A stretch of DNA of 64,000 bases, from positions 1,560 through 65,559 of the forward strand of contig JAHIJO010000014.1 in NCBI GenBank assembly GCA_018898455.1, given 5' to 3'. The position numbers were made by a program, and so were the translations under genes. This stretch comes from Verrucomicrobiota bacterium (GTDB lineage: Bacteria > Verrucomicrobiota > Kiritimatiellia > JAAZAB01). Positions within the stretch are counted from its first letter, which is position 1, and every line of letters begins with the position of its first letter. The notes below the pieces were generated by a model. The model ran no database searches, was not told the DNA's origin, and saw nothing but the letters and a program-made list of their open reading frames with translations. Shown here piece after piece: positions 1 to 9,725 of the stretch.

Positions 1-5
1 AGGCG

Positions 6-788
6 ATGATTGCCGAGGATATCGAGCAGGCGCAGGTCGGTCCGGTCACAGGCCGGATTGTGGCGGCCATTTCGCCCCATGCCGGCTATGAATGTTCCGG
101 ACGGGTGGCCGGTTACGTGTTTCGCGCTATTCGCGATCAGGCCAAGAAGGGTGATGCGCCGAAGACCGTCGTGATCCTGGGGGTCAGTCATCAGGTCGGC
201 TTCCGGGGGGTGGCGCTGATGGATGGCGACGCCATGACTACACCCCTGGGCGAATCGGCTTTGGATCGGGAGGCGGCGAGTCTGCTCGTCCGGCAAAGTC
301 CAATGATTCGAATGGACTATAAGCCGCACGTTGGTGAACATTCGGCGGAAAACCAGGTTCCGTTTGTCCAGGCGATTCTGCCCGCCGCCCGGCTGGTGAT
401 CGGATTGATTGGCGATCACGATCCCCAGACCCTGGCGGGGCTCACCAAGGCCCTGGGGGAGTTGGCGCAGAAGCAGGCGATCCTTGTCATTGCCAGCTCG
501 GATATGCTGCACGATCCGGATTATGATCTGGTGACAAAAACGGATCAACAGACGCTGCAAGAAGTGACGGCCATGAACCTGGCGGTTCTGATGAGTGGTT
601 GGAGTCCTCGTCACCAGCTTTTCTGCGGCATGTCCGCCGTGGCGGCGACGCTGGATTTTGCGAAAGCCGGGGGGTGCAGGGAAGGCACGGTTCTTTTCTA
701 TCGGAACAGCGGCGATTATTTTCCGGAAGGCCGCGGCCAATGGGTTGTCGGCTATGGCGCGGTGGTGTTCACCGTGCCGGGAAAATGA
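6..788 (+). CDS. amrB: AmmeMemoRadiSam system protein B (MEMO1 family), probably 5'-truncated by the window edge
   Basis: Motifs ISPHAGYECSG, EHSAENQVPF, IASSDMLH, VVGYGA are typical of Memo-like proteins; the frame is open to the window start. Confidence 0.88.
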   Translation: MIAEDIEQAQVGPVTGRIVAAISPHAGYECSGRVAGYVFRAIRDQAKKGDAPKTVVILGVSHQVGFRGVALMDGDAMTTPLGESALDREAASLLVRQSPMIRMDYKPHVGEHSAENQVPFVQAILPAARLVIGLIGDHDPQTLAGLTKALGELAQKQAILVIASSDMLHDPDYDLVTKTDQQTLQEVTAMNLAVLMSGWSPRHQLFCGMSAVAATLDFAKAGGCREGTVLFYRNSGDYFPEGRGQWVVGYGAVVFTVPGK

Positions 789-841
789 CATGATGCCGGG
801 CTGGATTTGCCGCTTGGAATATCTTTGCGTATAGGGAGTTT

Positions 842-895
842 CAATCCGTTGCAGTTCTCGCCGCCCAAAGCGGCGGCTCGAACCGCCGCTCCACC
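842..895. repeat. Partial REP-like element with a nested 17-bp mini-hairpin
   Basis: CAATCCG..GCAGTTCTC[gccgcccaaagcggcgg]CTCGAACCGCCGCTCCACC matches the right half of the element at 17138-17219. Confidence 0.55.
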
Positions 896-905
896 TGCCC
901 GCAGT

Positions 906-931
906 CGCAATCCGTCAGCTGACGGATTGCG
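906..931. repeat. Perfect 26-bp palindrome between convergent genes
   Basis: CGCAATCCGTCAGCTGACGGATTGCG equals its own reverse complement. Confidence 0.8.
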
Positions 932-974
932 GCGAAGCCGCCTAATTCAGTGTGGCGGCGGGCGCCTCCGTCAT

Positions 975-1934
975 TCAGGCGGTGATCTTCCGGCGTTCCA
1001 GGTATTCCTGCACGAGTCCGTCGCGCAGGCTTCGGTTGCTTATTGTGAGGGCCTGCATATCCAGTTCCGCCATTAACGTGTCCAGGATGGCGGCGCCGCC
1101 GATGATAATATCGGCCCGGTCCGGCTGGAGGCCGGGCACCTGCCGGCGCTGAGCCAGGGAGAGGGCGCATAAATGGCGGATGATCTGCCTCAGGCGCGCC
1201 ATACTGACGGGTTCCGGGCATTGCAAACGCCGATTAAAGTGGCGGCGCACGGCGATATTGCCCAGAGCCATGATGGTTCCGGAACTCCCCAACACGATAT
1301 CCACGCGATAACGGCGGAGCCGTTGCAGAACCTTTTGCGCGCGCCCGCGAACATATTCCTGGATGCGCCGGTACAGCTCCGGGGATACCGGCTGATCCAT
1401 TCCGGGCTTCAGAAACTGATTGCTCAGACGAACCGCGCCCAGGTTCAGCATTGCCAGATAATGGGGCTTATGCTGATTGCCGACACTCACTTCCGTACTG
1501 CCGCCTCCGATATCCAGAAATAAAGCCTGCCGGTTCTTCAGGTCCATAGTCCGGGATACGCCACGGTGAATCAGGCGGGCTTCATCTTCGCCGGACAATA
1601 TGCGGACCTCCAGGCCGACCTGGGTCCGCAGACGTCGCAGGAAGGCCCGTCGGTTTTTGGCATCCCGTATGGCGGAAGTGGCGACTGCCACGATGTCGCC
1701 GGCTCCGGTTGCGCGCGCCGCCTTGATCCATTGGCGGCAGAGAAGCGCGGCCCGATTCATGGCGTCATTGTCGAGTTGTTGGGCCGTGAAGGCATCCTCA
1801 CCCAGCCGCACGACCTGCCGGCGTTGTTCCAGGATATGATACTCGCCGGAGGCGCGCAGGCGGACGACCAGCATCCGGATGGCGTTGGTGCCGATATCCA
1901 GGAATGCGGCGATGGGCTGATCGTGAGTTGTCAT
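975..1934 (-). CDS. ppx: Ppx/GppA exopolyphosphatase (short form, no C-terminal HD domain)
   Basis: DIGTNAIR, VATSAIRDAKN, DIGGGSTE and LRDGL motifs; lies downstream of ppk1. Confidence 0.9.
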   Translation of the reverse strand: MTTHDQPIAAFLDIGTNAIRMLVVRLRASGEYHILEQRRQVVRLGEDAFTAQQLDNDAMNRAALLCRQWIKAARATGAGDIVAVATSAIRDAKNRRAFLRRLRTQVGLEVRILSGEDEARLIHRGVSRTMDLKNRQALFLDIGGGSTEVSVGNQHKPHYLAMLNLGAVRLSNQFLKPGMDQPVSPELYRRIQEYVRGRAQKVLQRLRRYRVDIVLGSSGTIMALGNIAVRRHFNRRLQCPEPVSMARLRQIIRHLCALSLAQRRQVPGLQPDRADIIIGGAAILDTLMAELDMQALTISNRSLRDGLVQEYLERRKITA

Positions 1935-2071
1935 CGAATTGGCATGCCTTAAACGCTTGCCCGTAAAGATACACGTTATTGCGAGTATCTTTCTGGGTAG
2001 CGGGTATTAGCCCGCCTTAATAGTAATTGTCCTGTTTCGGTTGATTCATATTCACGATCTTGCGGTCAATA

Positions 2072-4210
2072 TCAAGCCGGAGCCATTCGTTGGCGCGTCA
2101 ACTGCATCAGCGTTTCGTGAGTGCCCAGCGAGTATTCGGGATGGCAGGGCTGACGTTGAACATAGGATCCATCCGGTTGCATCTCCCAGGCCTGGCGCTC
2201 GTCCCGGATCAGCGTTTGCAGGATTTCCCAACACTTTTCACGCAAGGCCCGTGTTTCGATGGGCGTAATCGCTTCCACCCGTGCCAGCAGATTCCGATAC
2301 ATCCAGTCGGCCGACCCGATGAAAAACTCGCCGTCCAGCGGATCGGCGGCGCCGTTGCGGAAATAAAAAATACGGGAGTGTTCCAGGAAACGCCCGATTA
2401 CGGACAGGACACGGATGTTTTCGCTGACGCCCGGTACGCCGGGGCTCAGACAGCAGAAGCCCCGCACGAGCAGGGTGATCTCCACGCCGGCCTGCGAAGC
2501 GCAATAGAGCGCCCGGCAGATTTTGTCTTCTTCCAGGCTGTTCATCTTGGCGATAATCCCGGCGGGCCGGCCCGCCTGCCGATGGCCGATCTCACGCTCG
2601 ATCAGCGCCAGGAAGCGCTCCCGCATGTTGACGGGCGCAATGAGCAGTTTGCGATAATTCCGGTTCAGCGAGCGACCGGTGAGATAGTTGAAGAGCTCGA
2701 TAATTTCTTCGGTCAATTCGGGCCGGCAGGTCAACAGTCCAAGATCCGTGTAGAGTTTGGCCGTTTGACTGTGGTAATTGCCGGTGCCGATATGGGCGTA
2801 GGATCGGAGACCCTCGGCCTCTTCGCGAATGACCAGCGTGATCTTGGCATGAGTTTTCAGACCCACCAGGCCATACACGACATGGATGCCTGCTTTTTCC
2901 ATCAATTGGGCCCAGTAAATATTACGTTCCTCGTCGAACCGGGCTTTCAGCTCCACGAGGCATACGATCTGCTTTCCTTCCTCGGCGGCCTGGATGAGCG
3001 TGCGGATAAAGGGGCTTTCATCGCTGATGCGATACAGGGTCATCTTGATGGCCAGGACTTTCGGGTCCTCGGCGGCGGCGCGGATGAACCGCTCGACGCT
3101 GGCGGTGAAATCCTCGTAGGGATGATGCACCAGGATGTCGCTGCCGCGGATAAGGCTGAAGATGTCGCTTTGTTCGGCGGCCAGGGCCGGTGGTACCAGC
3201 GGAGTCCATGGCGCATAGTGCAGTGCCGGCAGGTTCAGCTCGGCGATCGTCTGCAGGTCGGTGTAATCGAGTCCGCCGGCAATTTCATACAAGTCATCGG
3301 GGGCGATTTCCAACTCATCGATCAGAAGCTTCAGCATCTCGGGGTGAGGGTTCGGGCCATGTTCCATGCGGACCACCTTTTCGAACCGGCGCTGGCGAAT
3401 TTCCTGTTCTATCAGTGCCAGCAGGTCTTCCGTGTCTTCTTCGTCCCGCTCCACATCGGCGTTGCGCGTGATCCGGAACGGCATGACCTGCCGAACGTCC
3501 ATTTCCGGGAAGAGCATGTCCAGGTTGTGCCGGATCAGATCGATCAGGCTGACAAAAAGAAAACGGTCGTTGCCGTCGGCCGTTTCCAGCCGGATCCATT
3601 GGGGCAGGACCTTGGGGATTTTGATCCTGGCAAAAAAATCTTCGGCGGTGTCGGGATGCTTCAGCATGACGCCCAGCGAGGTGGAGAGGTTGGAGATAAA
3701 GGGGAACGGATGTCCCGGATCCACGGCCAGGGGCGTAAGCACCGGGAAGACGCGGGTTTTAAAATAACCATGCGCCGCCTCACGTTCGGGGCCGGTGAGT
3801 TTGGCCCAGGGCGTCAGGTCGATATGGCGCTGGGCCAGCGCCGGCTTGATGTCGCGCTCGAAACAGGTTGCCTGCAGGCGAAGCATGGGAAGCACCTGGT
3901 TCCGGATGGCGGCTAACTGCTGTTCCGGCCGCATGCCGTCCGCAGATCGATGCGTGACCCCTGCCAGAATCTGCCGTTTGAATCCGCCCACCCGCTTCAT
4001 AAAGAACTCGTCCAGGTTGAATGTGAAGATGCCCAGAAATTTGATCCGCTCCAGTAGCGGTGTGCGCGGGTCGCAGGCCTCGTGGAGAACCCGGCGATTG
4101 AATTCCAGCCACATCAGTTCGCGGTTGAGGAACGGGGCGGATTCGGGGCTGGCGCTCTCTGCGGCGGGCGTTACCGCTTCCGGGACTCTGGATTTCTTTA
4201 TTTTTTTCAT
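2072..4210 (-). CDS. ppk1: Polyphosphate kinase 1
   Basis: FLNRELMWLEFNRRVL, NLDEFFMKRV, HHPY, LKTHAK, GRFLEHSR and GSADWMYRN motifs. Confidence 0.97.
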   Translation of the reverse strand: MKKIKKSRVPEAVTPAAESASPESAPFLNRELMWLEFNRRVLHEACDPRTPLLERIKFLGIFTFNLDEFFMKRVGGFKRQILAGVTHRSADGMRPEQQLAAIRNQVLPMLRLQATCFERDIKPALAQRHIDLTPWAKLTGPEREAAHGYFKTRVFPVLTPLAVDPGHPFPFISNLSTSLGVMLKHPDTAEDFFARIKIPKVLPQWIRLETADGNDRFLFVSLIDLIRHNLDMLFPEMDVRQVMPFRITRNADVERDEEDTEDLLALIEQEIRQRRFEKVVRMEHGPNPHPEMLKLLIDELEIAPDDLYEIAGGLDYTDLQTIAELNLPALHYAPWTPLVPPALAAEQSDIFSLIRGSDILVHHPYEDFTASVERFIRAAAEDPKVLAIKMTLYRISDESPFIRTLIQAAEEGKQIVCLVELKARFDEERNIYWAQLMEKAGIHVVYGLVGLKTHAKITLVIREEAEGLRSYAHIGTGNYHSQTAKLYTDLGLLTCRPELTEEIIELFNYLTGRSLNRNYRKLLIAPVNMRERFLALIEREIGHRQAGRPAGIIAKMNSLEEDKICRALYCASQAGVEITLLVRGFCCLSPGVPGVSENIRVLSVIGRFLEHSRIFYFRNGAADPLDGEFFIGSADWMYRNLLARVEAITPIETRALREKCWEILQTLIRDERQAWEMQPDGSYVQRQPCHPEYSLGTHETLMQLTRQRMAPA

Positions 4211-4225
4211 GGCGAAAAATCCAAG

Positions 4226-5656
4226 CTAACCTTTGACGCAGATTACCGGCGCCAGCTTGGCTACGGGCCGGGCCAGGCGTGCCTGGGCGGTGGCCGCCAC
4301 AACGTCATGGATGTCCTTGTAGGCGCCGGGCGCCTCTTCGGCGACGCCGCGTAACGAACGGGTGCGGATCAGGATGTTTTTCAGCGCCAGATTTTTGATG
4401 ACGTCCTTGCCTTGCCACTGCTTCGCGGCCTGGGTCCGGCTCATTTTCCGTCCGGCGCCATGACAGGCAGAGCTGAAGGAAAGCGACTCGCTTTCGGCGG
4501 TGCCCGTCAGGATATAGGATGCGGTGCCCATACTGCCGCCAACCAAAACAGGCTGGCCGATGGTTCGCAGTTCTGGGGGGAGTTCCGGATGGCCGGGACC
4601 GAGAGCTCGCGTAGCCCCCTTCCGATGCACATACAACGTTTTTGTCCTGCCGGCGACGGTATGGTTTTCCAGATTACAGGTATTGTGGGATACGTCATAC
4701 AGCAGGGGCAAGGTCATGTTTCCAAACAGCTTGCAGAAAGTTTCCCGGACCAGGCTGGACAGGATTTGACGATTGGCCAGGGCGCAGTTGATGGCGGCCC
4801 GCATGGCGCCCAGATACGCCTGGCCCTCGGATGAATTAATCGGTGCGCAGGCCAGTTCCCGGTCGGTGATGGCGATGCCGTGGACGTGAGCGGCTTGAAG
4901 CATGGATCGGGAAAACTCCGTTGCTACTTGATGGCCCAGTCCGCGGGAGCCGCAATGGATACTGACGACGATTTCGTTCTCGCGCAGGCCGAACGCACCG
5001 GCCGCTTTGGGATCGATGATATCAATGACCTGCTGGATTTCAAGATAATGGTTGCCGGAGCCGAGTGTGCCCATTTCATCCTGTTGCCGCTTGCGGGCCT
5101 GCTCAGAGATGGTTTCCGGGCGGGCCTCGGTGTTTTCGCCGCGATTTTCAATCCGTTCCAGATCATCTTGGACGCCATACCCCCGTTGCACGGCCCAGCG
5201 GGCTCCTCCCGTCAGCATGGCGTCCATTTCCCTGCGGTTGAGGGATAATGCGCCGGTACTGCCGATGCCGGCGGGGATGTTGTTGAACAGCGCGTCGGCC
5301 AGCGTGTCCTTTTTCGGGAGCAATTCGTCAGATGACAGGCCGGTGAGGAGGGTGCGGACACCGCAGGAAATATCGAAGCCAACACCGCCGGCGGAGACCA
5401 CTCCGCCACGGTCGGCGTCAAAAGCCGCCACGCCGCCGATGGGGAAGCCATACCCCCAGTGAGCATCGGGCATGCAATAGGCCGCGCTTTCGATACCCGG
5501 CAGGGCGGCCACGCGGCTGATTTGGTCCAGGACCTTGGCGTCCATTTCGCGGATCAGGGTTTCCGATGCATACAGGATGGCCGGGACGCGCATCGGTCCC
5601 GCGGGAGGTATCAGCCATTGACATTCGTCTTTACGCTGGAGCAATGCAATATCCAT
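4226..5656 (-). CDS. rtcB: RtcB family RNA 3'-phosphate/5'-OH ligase
   Basis: MPDAHWGYGFPIGGV, GFDISCGVR, GTLGSGNHYLE, HRKGAT, SACHGAGR and EEAPGAYKD motifs. Confidence 0.96.
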   Translation of the reverse strand: MDIALLQRKDECQWLIPPAGPMRVPAILYASETLIREMDAKVLDQISRVAALPGIESAAYCMPDAHWGYGFPIGGVAAFDADRGGVVSAGGVGFDISCGVRTLLTGLSSDELLPKKDTLADALFNNIPAGIGSTGALSLNRREMDAMLTGGARWAVQRGYGVQDDLERIENRGENTEARPETISEQARKRQQDEMGTLGSGNHYLEIQQVIDIIDPKAAGAFGLRENEIVVSIHCGSRGLGHQVATEFSRSMLQAAHVHGIAITDRELACAPINSSEGQAYLGAMRAAINCALANRQILSSLVRETFCKLFGNMTLPLLYDVSHNTCNLENHTVAGRTKTLYVHRKGATRALGPGHPELPPELRTIGQPVLVGGSMGTASYILTGTAESESLSFSSACHGAGRKMSRTQAAKQWQGKDVIKNLALKNILIRTRSLRGVAEEAPGAYKDIHDVVAATAQARLARPVAKLAPVICVKG

Positions 5657-5808
5657 GGTATCTTGTCCCTATCCACACGGCGCAGGATATCATTTTGTTT
5701 TTCAGTTTCAAAGACGTTTCTCGTTGCGTGGGGGGATTGACAGGTGCGGGGTAAACATGCTTAGTATTATTTGGTATTCAGACAGATGAATTTCCGCATG
5801 GCATCCGG

Positions 5809-8085
5809 ATGAAAAATAAGCCGATCACGACCATTGACAAATTGCGGGCCATTCCCTGGGTGTATGGGTTTAGCGCCGGTAATATGGTTTTCTGCCTGCT
5901 GACGGTGTTCGGTCCGATTTTCCCTTTGTATTTGACCGGCTTGGGCATGCCCTACACCAAGATCGGCTTTATCGTTTCGCTGATTCCCTTTTGCGGGCTC
6001 GTATCATTGGTGCTCTCGCGTTGGGTCACACGCGTCGGTCCCAAGCGGATTTTCATTACCTTCTACAGCGTGAGGAAATTGGTTGTTGGTCTCCTGCTGA
6101 TCTCTCCATGGATCATGGCCCGGTTTGGGAGCACGGCCGTTTTTTACTGGGTCGCAGGAATCATTGTGTTATTTGCGCTTTGCCGCGGTATTGCGGAAAT
6201 TGGGTATTTACCCTGGGCGCAGGAATTTGTTCCCAATCGAATCCGGGGGAAGGTGGACGCAATCAATTCCCTGATTTCAGGGGTGGTGGCGTTGCTGGTT
6301 GCCTTGGGGGCCTCCTGGATCGTGAAGCAGGTAACGGGTTTGACGGGCTATTCGCTGTTGATCGGGGTGGGGGTTCTGGTCGGGCTAATTTCTGTTGTTT
6401 TGATGGGCTTTGTTCCCGGGGGCCGGCCTATGCCGGTGGAACAAAAGGAAACACCATTTTGGGAGGAAATGCTGGGACCCATCCGAGACCGCAATTTCCA
6501 GTATTACCTTGGCGGGGTTGCCCTGTTTTCTCTCGGCATCGGTTTTTTTTCATTTTTGCCGATATTTTTAAAAAATCAGATTGGTTTGGGATCCGATAAA
6601 ATCCTGCTTCTGGATGCCGTGATGAGAATAGGTATCCTCAGCTCCAGTTTTTTATGGGGCTGGAGTGTGGATCGTTTTGGCGGAAAACCCGTGCAGATTT
6701 CCGGCCTGATCATCATGCTGCTTTTTCCCCTGATTCTGATATTCATGCCGCGTGAACAGGGGGGAGTTCTGGCCTGGGTGATGACGGCTTATGTCATTTT
6801 GGGCGTGGGACTTCAGGGGTATATGGCGGGGGCCAATCGCTATTTTTTTATCAGGGCAGTTCCTCCCGGGAACCGGAATCAATCTTATTATTCCCTGAAT
6901 TACGCTTGCCTCAGTTTGTTTTCAGCTTTGGGTCCGCTGGGGGCTGGATGCCTTCTGGATATGGGGCGATTCCTCCAGATCCACCACTGGGGCATCGTGG
7001 TGGACGCATTTATGATCCTTTTTGCGTCCAGCACAGCGGTCTTGATCGCTTCGGCCTGGATGTTTCATCGGATGGGTAATGATGGGGTGGTGCGCACCGG
7101 AGAATTTCTTTCCATGTTCATTCAAGGCAATCCTCTATTGGCGTTTGAATCCATGGTCCGGTATCGGCTGGCAAGGGACGAGGGCCACCGAATCTCCGTG
7201 ACGGAGCAAATGGGGCAGACGAAAAATGCATTAAGCGCAGACGACCTGCTGGAGGCTTTGTCGGATCCGAGTTTTAACGTCAGATATGAGGCGATTGTCT
7301 CCGCGGCCCATATGCCCCCGCACTCGAAACTGACTGAGGCCCTGATTCACATTCTGCGTCGGAAAGAACCGGACCTGAGCGTTGTAGCGGGATGGGCGCT
7401 GGGCCGGATTGGTGACCGGCGCGCCGTCCCTGCGTTGCGGGAAATGCTGGTCTCGGAATACGCCCTTTTACGTTCGCGGAGTGCGCGATCGCTGGCGAAC
7501 CTGGGTGACACCGAGAGCGTGCCCCTGCTGTTGAAGGCCTTTAAGAATGAACTCCATGATGGCATTCGCGTGGCTTACGCGTCGGCGCTGGGGGTCTTCA
7601 AGGCCGAGGCCGCATTGGACGACCTGATAGGTCTCCTGCATCGTTTGACGGAAGAACCTTTACGCAATGAGGTTGCGCTGGCTCTGGCCAGGATCATCGG
7701 CGGGGAGCATCATTATATTCGTCTCTGGCGCGCCACGCGATCGGATTTCGGGACGGCCGGCGCGCAGACGATTATGGACTTAAAAGAAAAGATGTTCAAA
7801 CAGGACTTTGCGACGTCGCCGGTCATGGCGCTGATGGATGATTGTGCCCAGCATCTGGGCGGCCAGGATTTGGATCTGGCTGCCCTGGCGATGTGCCGCC
7901 TGCTTGATGATCTGGCGCCGGAGCCGTGGGGTATGACTATTCATAAATTATTGCGGGAATGCGCGCGGTATTTACTGGAATTCAAGGGGGAGCGTGCGGA
8001 ATATATGTTGTTGGCTTTTACCGCGCTGGAAGCGGGCATCGTCGCGATCCGACGCCGGAAAAGCATCCGGGTTGAACCTCGATGA
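5809..8085 (+). CDS. MFS transporter fused to C-terminal HEAT repeats
   Basis: About 12 hydrophobic segments with a WGWSVDRFGGK MFS motif, followed by HEAT-like repeats (WALGRIGDRRAVPALRE, ARSLANLGDTESVPLL). Confidence 0.75.
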   Translation: MKNKPITTIDKLRAIPWVYGFSAGNMVFCLLTVFGPIFPLYLTGLGMPYTKIGFIVSLIPFCGLVSLVLSRWVTRVGPKRIFITFYSVRKLVVGLLLISPWIMARFGSTAVFYWVAGIIVLFALCRGIAEIGYLPWAQEFVPNRIRGKVDAINSLISGVVALLVALGASWIVKQVTGLTGYSLLIGVGVLVGLISVVLMGFVPGGRPMPVEQKETPFWEEMLGPIRDRNFQYYLGGVALFSLGIGFFSFLPIFLKNQIGLGSDKILLLDAVMRIGILSSSFLWGWSVDRFGGKPVQISGLIIMLLFPLILIFMPREQGGVLAWVMTAYVILGVGLQGYMAGANRYFFIRAVPPGNRNQSYYSLNYACLSLFSALGPLGAGCLLDMGRFLQIHHWGIVVDAFMILFASSTAVLIASAWMFHRMGNDGVVRTGEFLSMFIQGNPLLAFESMVRYRLARDEGHRISVTEQMGQTKNALSADDLLEALSDPSFNVRYEAIVSAAHMPPHSKLTEALIHILRRKEPDLSVVAGWALGRIGDRRAVPALREMLVSEYALLRSRSARSLANLGDTESVPLLLKAFKNELHDGIRVAYASALGVFKAEAALDDLIGLLHRLTEEPLRNEVALALARIIGGEHHYIRLWRATRSDFGTAGAQTIMDLKEKMFKQDFATSPVMALMDDCAQHLGGQDLDLAALAMCRLLDDLAPEPWGMTIHKLLRECARYLLEFKGERAEYMLLAFTALEAGIVAIRRRKSIRVEPR

Positions 8086-8166
8086 AAACCAGTGTTGACT
8101 TTCAGATGGAAACGCGTACTTTTTCATACCGGCGTGTTGTAAATAAAAGAAGGAGATTTGACGGAA

Positions 8167-8811
8167 ATGAAGACCAGGATACAAGGTGGCCAGAAGATCG
8201 TTTTTATCGGTGACAGCATCACGGATTGCGGGCGACGCGGCGCGGAACGTCCGCTGGGTTCGGGGTATGTCAAACTGTTTCATGACCTGATGATCCTGCG
8301 GGAGCCGGAGAAACGCGTCATGTTCATCAACAAGGGAATCGGCGGCGATACCGTGGTCGGATTATCGAATCGCTGGTCGGATGACGTGCTGCGCCATAAG
8401 CCGGACTGGCTGTCGATCAAGATCGGCATCAATGACTTGCACGGAATGTTGCGTGATCCGCAGAATGGAATAACACCCCGGCGTTTTTTGAAGGAATACA
8501 CGGCGATCCTGGAACGGACGGTGTCTCAGTTGCCGAAATGCCGCATCCTGCTTATTGACCCGTTTTACATCAGCACGGATAATTCGCCGAACAGTTTCCG
8601 TCATAAAGTCCTGGAATTGCTTCCCGAGTATCTGGCGGTGGTTCACCAGATAAGTCGGAAATTTAAAACGCGCCTGATCCGAACCCATGAGCTTTTCGGC
8701 GCCCAACTCAAGTATCACGATCCGGATACGTTCTGTCCGGAACCCGTGCATCCCAATCTGATCGGGCACCTGTTGATTGCCGAGGCCGTTTATCAAGCCT
8801 TTTGCCGGTGA
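8167..8811 (+). CDS. SGNH/GDSL hydrolase
   Basis: FIGDSITD, NKGIGG, IGIND and EPVHPN blocks; AAGGAG upstream. Confidence 0.9.
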   Translation: MKTRIQGGQKIVFIGDSITDCGRRGAERPLGSGYVKLFHDLMILREPEKRVMFINKGIGGDTVVGLSNRWSDDVLRHKPDWLSIKIGINDLHGMLRDPQNGITPRRFLKEYTAILERTVSQLPKCRILLIDPFYISTDNSPNSFRHKVLELLPEYLAVVHQISRKFKTRLIRTHELFGAQLKYHDPDTFCPEPVHPNLIGHLLIAEAVYQAFCR

Positions 8812-9029
8812 TCATTGACCAATTAGATCATGCCGCCTGCTATTTTGGGATCGGATCACGGGTTGCAGCCGGTCTGCAGTTCCTCCGCGAAACGAATCTG
8901 GCCGGCTTGGATAATGGCCGGCATGAAATTGACGGCGATGCCATCCAGTCCCTGGTATGCGAGTATCAGACGAAACCCATGGGGCAGAGTCAATGGGAAG
9001 CGCGCCGGCGCTGGTTAAAAAAGTTGTGA
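8808..9029 (+). pseudogene. Truncated YhcH/YjgK/YiaL family protein
   Basis: GTG overlaps the upstream stop; MIIDQL...GRHEIDGD...EYQTK...WEA matches the family N-half but stops at about 73 aa, at the position of the conserved WEAH..YIDIQ motif. Confidence 0.7.
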
Positions 9030-9079
9030 TCAAGGTTCTTGTTTAAATGATTCCAATTCGATAAATTATGGAGATAAAC

Positions 9080-9253
9080 ATGGAAAAGAAGATTTGCAAG
9101 GGGGCGCATCGGGGGCATTTGTGTGTGCTGGCCAGCGCCGATAAATTGGATGAAATAAAAAAACTAGCTTGCAAACCGCGCTATATCTGTTTTAATTGTG
9201 GCCGCGTGGCTAATTGCGGGGAAAATCTCTGCAATCCCATGGCGTTGGACTAG
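9080..9253 (+). CDS. Small Cys/His-rich putative metal-binding protein
   Basis: GGAG RBS; HxGHLC...YICFNCGRVA...NLCNP. Confidence 0.7.
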   Translation: MEKKICKGAHRGHLCVLASADKLDEIKKLACKPRYICFNCGRVANCGENLCNPMALD

Positions 9254-9282
9254 TCGAAGTAACCAAACGAAAGGAGGGCGGT

Positions 9283-9603
9283 ATGCGGAAACTGTTAAGC
9301 GGATTGAGTCTCGTGGCGGTTGCGGGCGCGCTCGCAGTAGTGATGGGGTGCGCGTCACCGGCGCCCGTCGGCGTGTTGTACACTGAAATCACATTGCCGG
9401 CGATCGCCACCTCGAATGCTCAGGCGACTAAGGTGGGTGTGTCGGAATGCACCTCCATCCTGGCGCTCGTAGCTATGGGCGATGCCAGCATTGATGCGGC
9501 GGCGAAAAATGGCGGGATCACGAAGATTCACAGCGTGGATTGGGAAGCCAAGAGCATCCTGGGAATCTATGGTACTTACCGCACTATCGTTCGCGGCGAA
9601 TAA
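9283..9603 (+). CDS. TRL-like family lipoprotein
   Basis: AAGGAGG RBS; lipobox-like VMGC; C.SILALVAMGDASIDAAAKNGGITKIHSVD motif. Confidence 0.85.
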   Translation: MRKLLSGLSLVAVAGALAVVMGCASPAPVGVLYTEITLPAIATSNAQATKVGVSECTSILALVAMGDASIDAAAKNGGITKIHSVDWEAKSILGIYGTYRTIVRGE

Positions 9604-9633
9604 TCAACTATTGCTCTCGGATTACGTAACCTT

Positions 9634-9680
9634 AAAGCGGGTAGTCGTCCGGTCTGCACGGGCGATTACCCGCTTTTTTT
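9634..9680 (+). terminator. Intrinsic (possibly bidirectional) terminator
   Basis: AAAGCGGGTAGTCGTCCG / CGGGCGATTACCCGCTTT stem followed by a T run, between convergent genes. Confidence 0.8.
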
Positions 9681-9725
9681 GTCACGGATAATGTGGAGCT
9701 GGCGGACAACGGGCGGAAGGATACT

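Noticed and set aside
2060-3916. 618-aa plus-strand ORF
   Set aside because: Antisense shadow of ppk1 in GC-rich DNA; no recognisable motifs.
5737-5770. TTGACA...TAGTAT promoter for the MFS gene
   Set aside because: The 19-nt spacing is suboptimal and it cannot be supported well enough.
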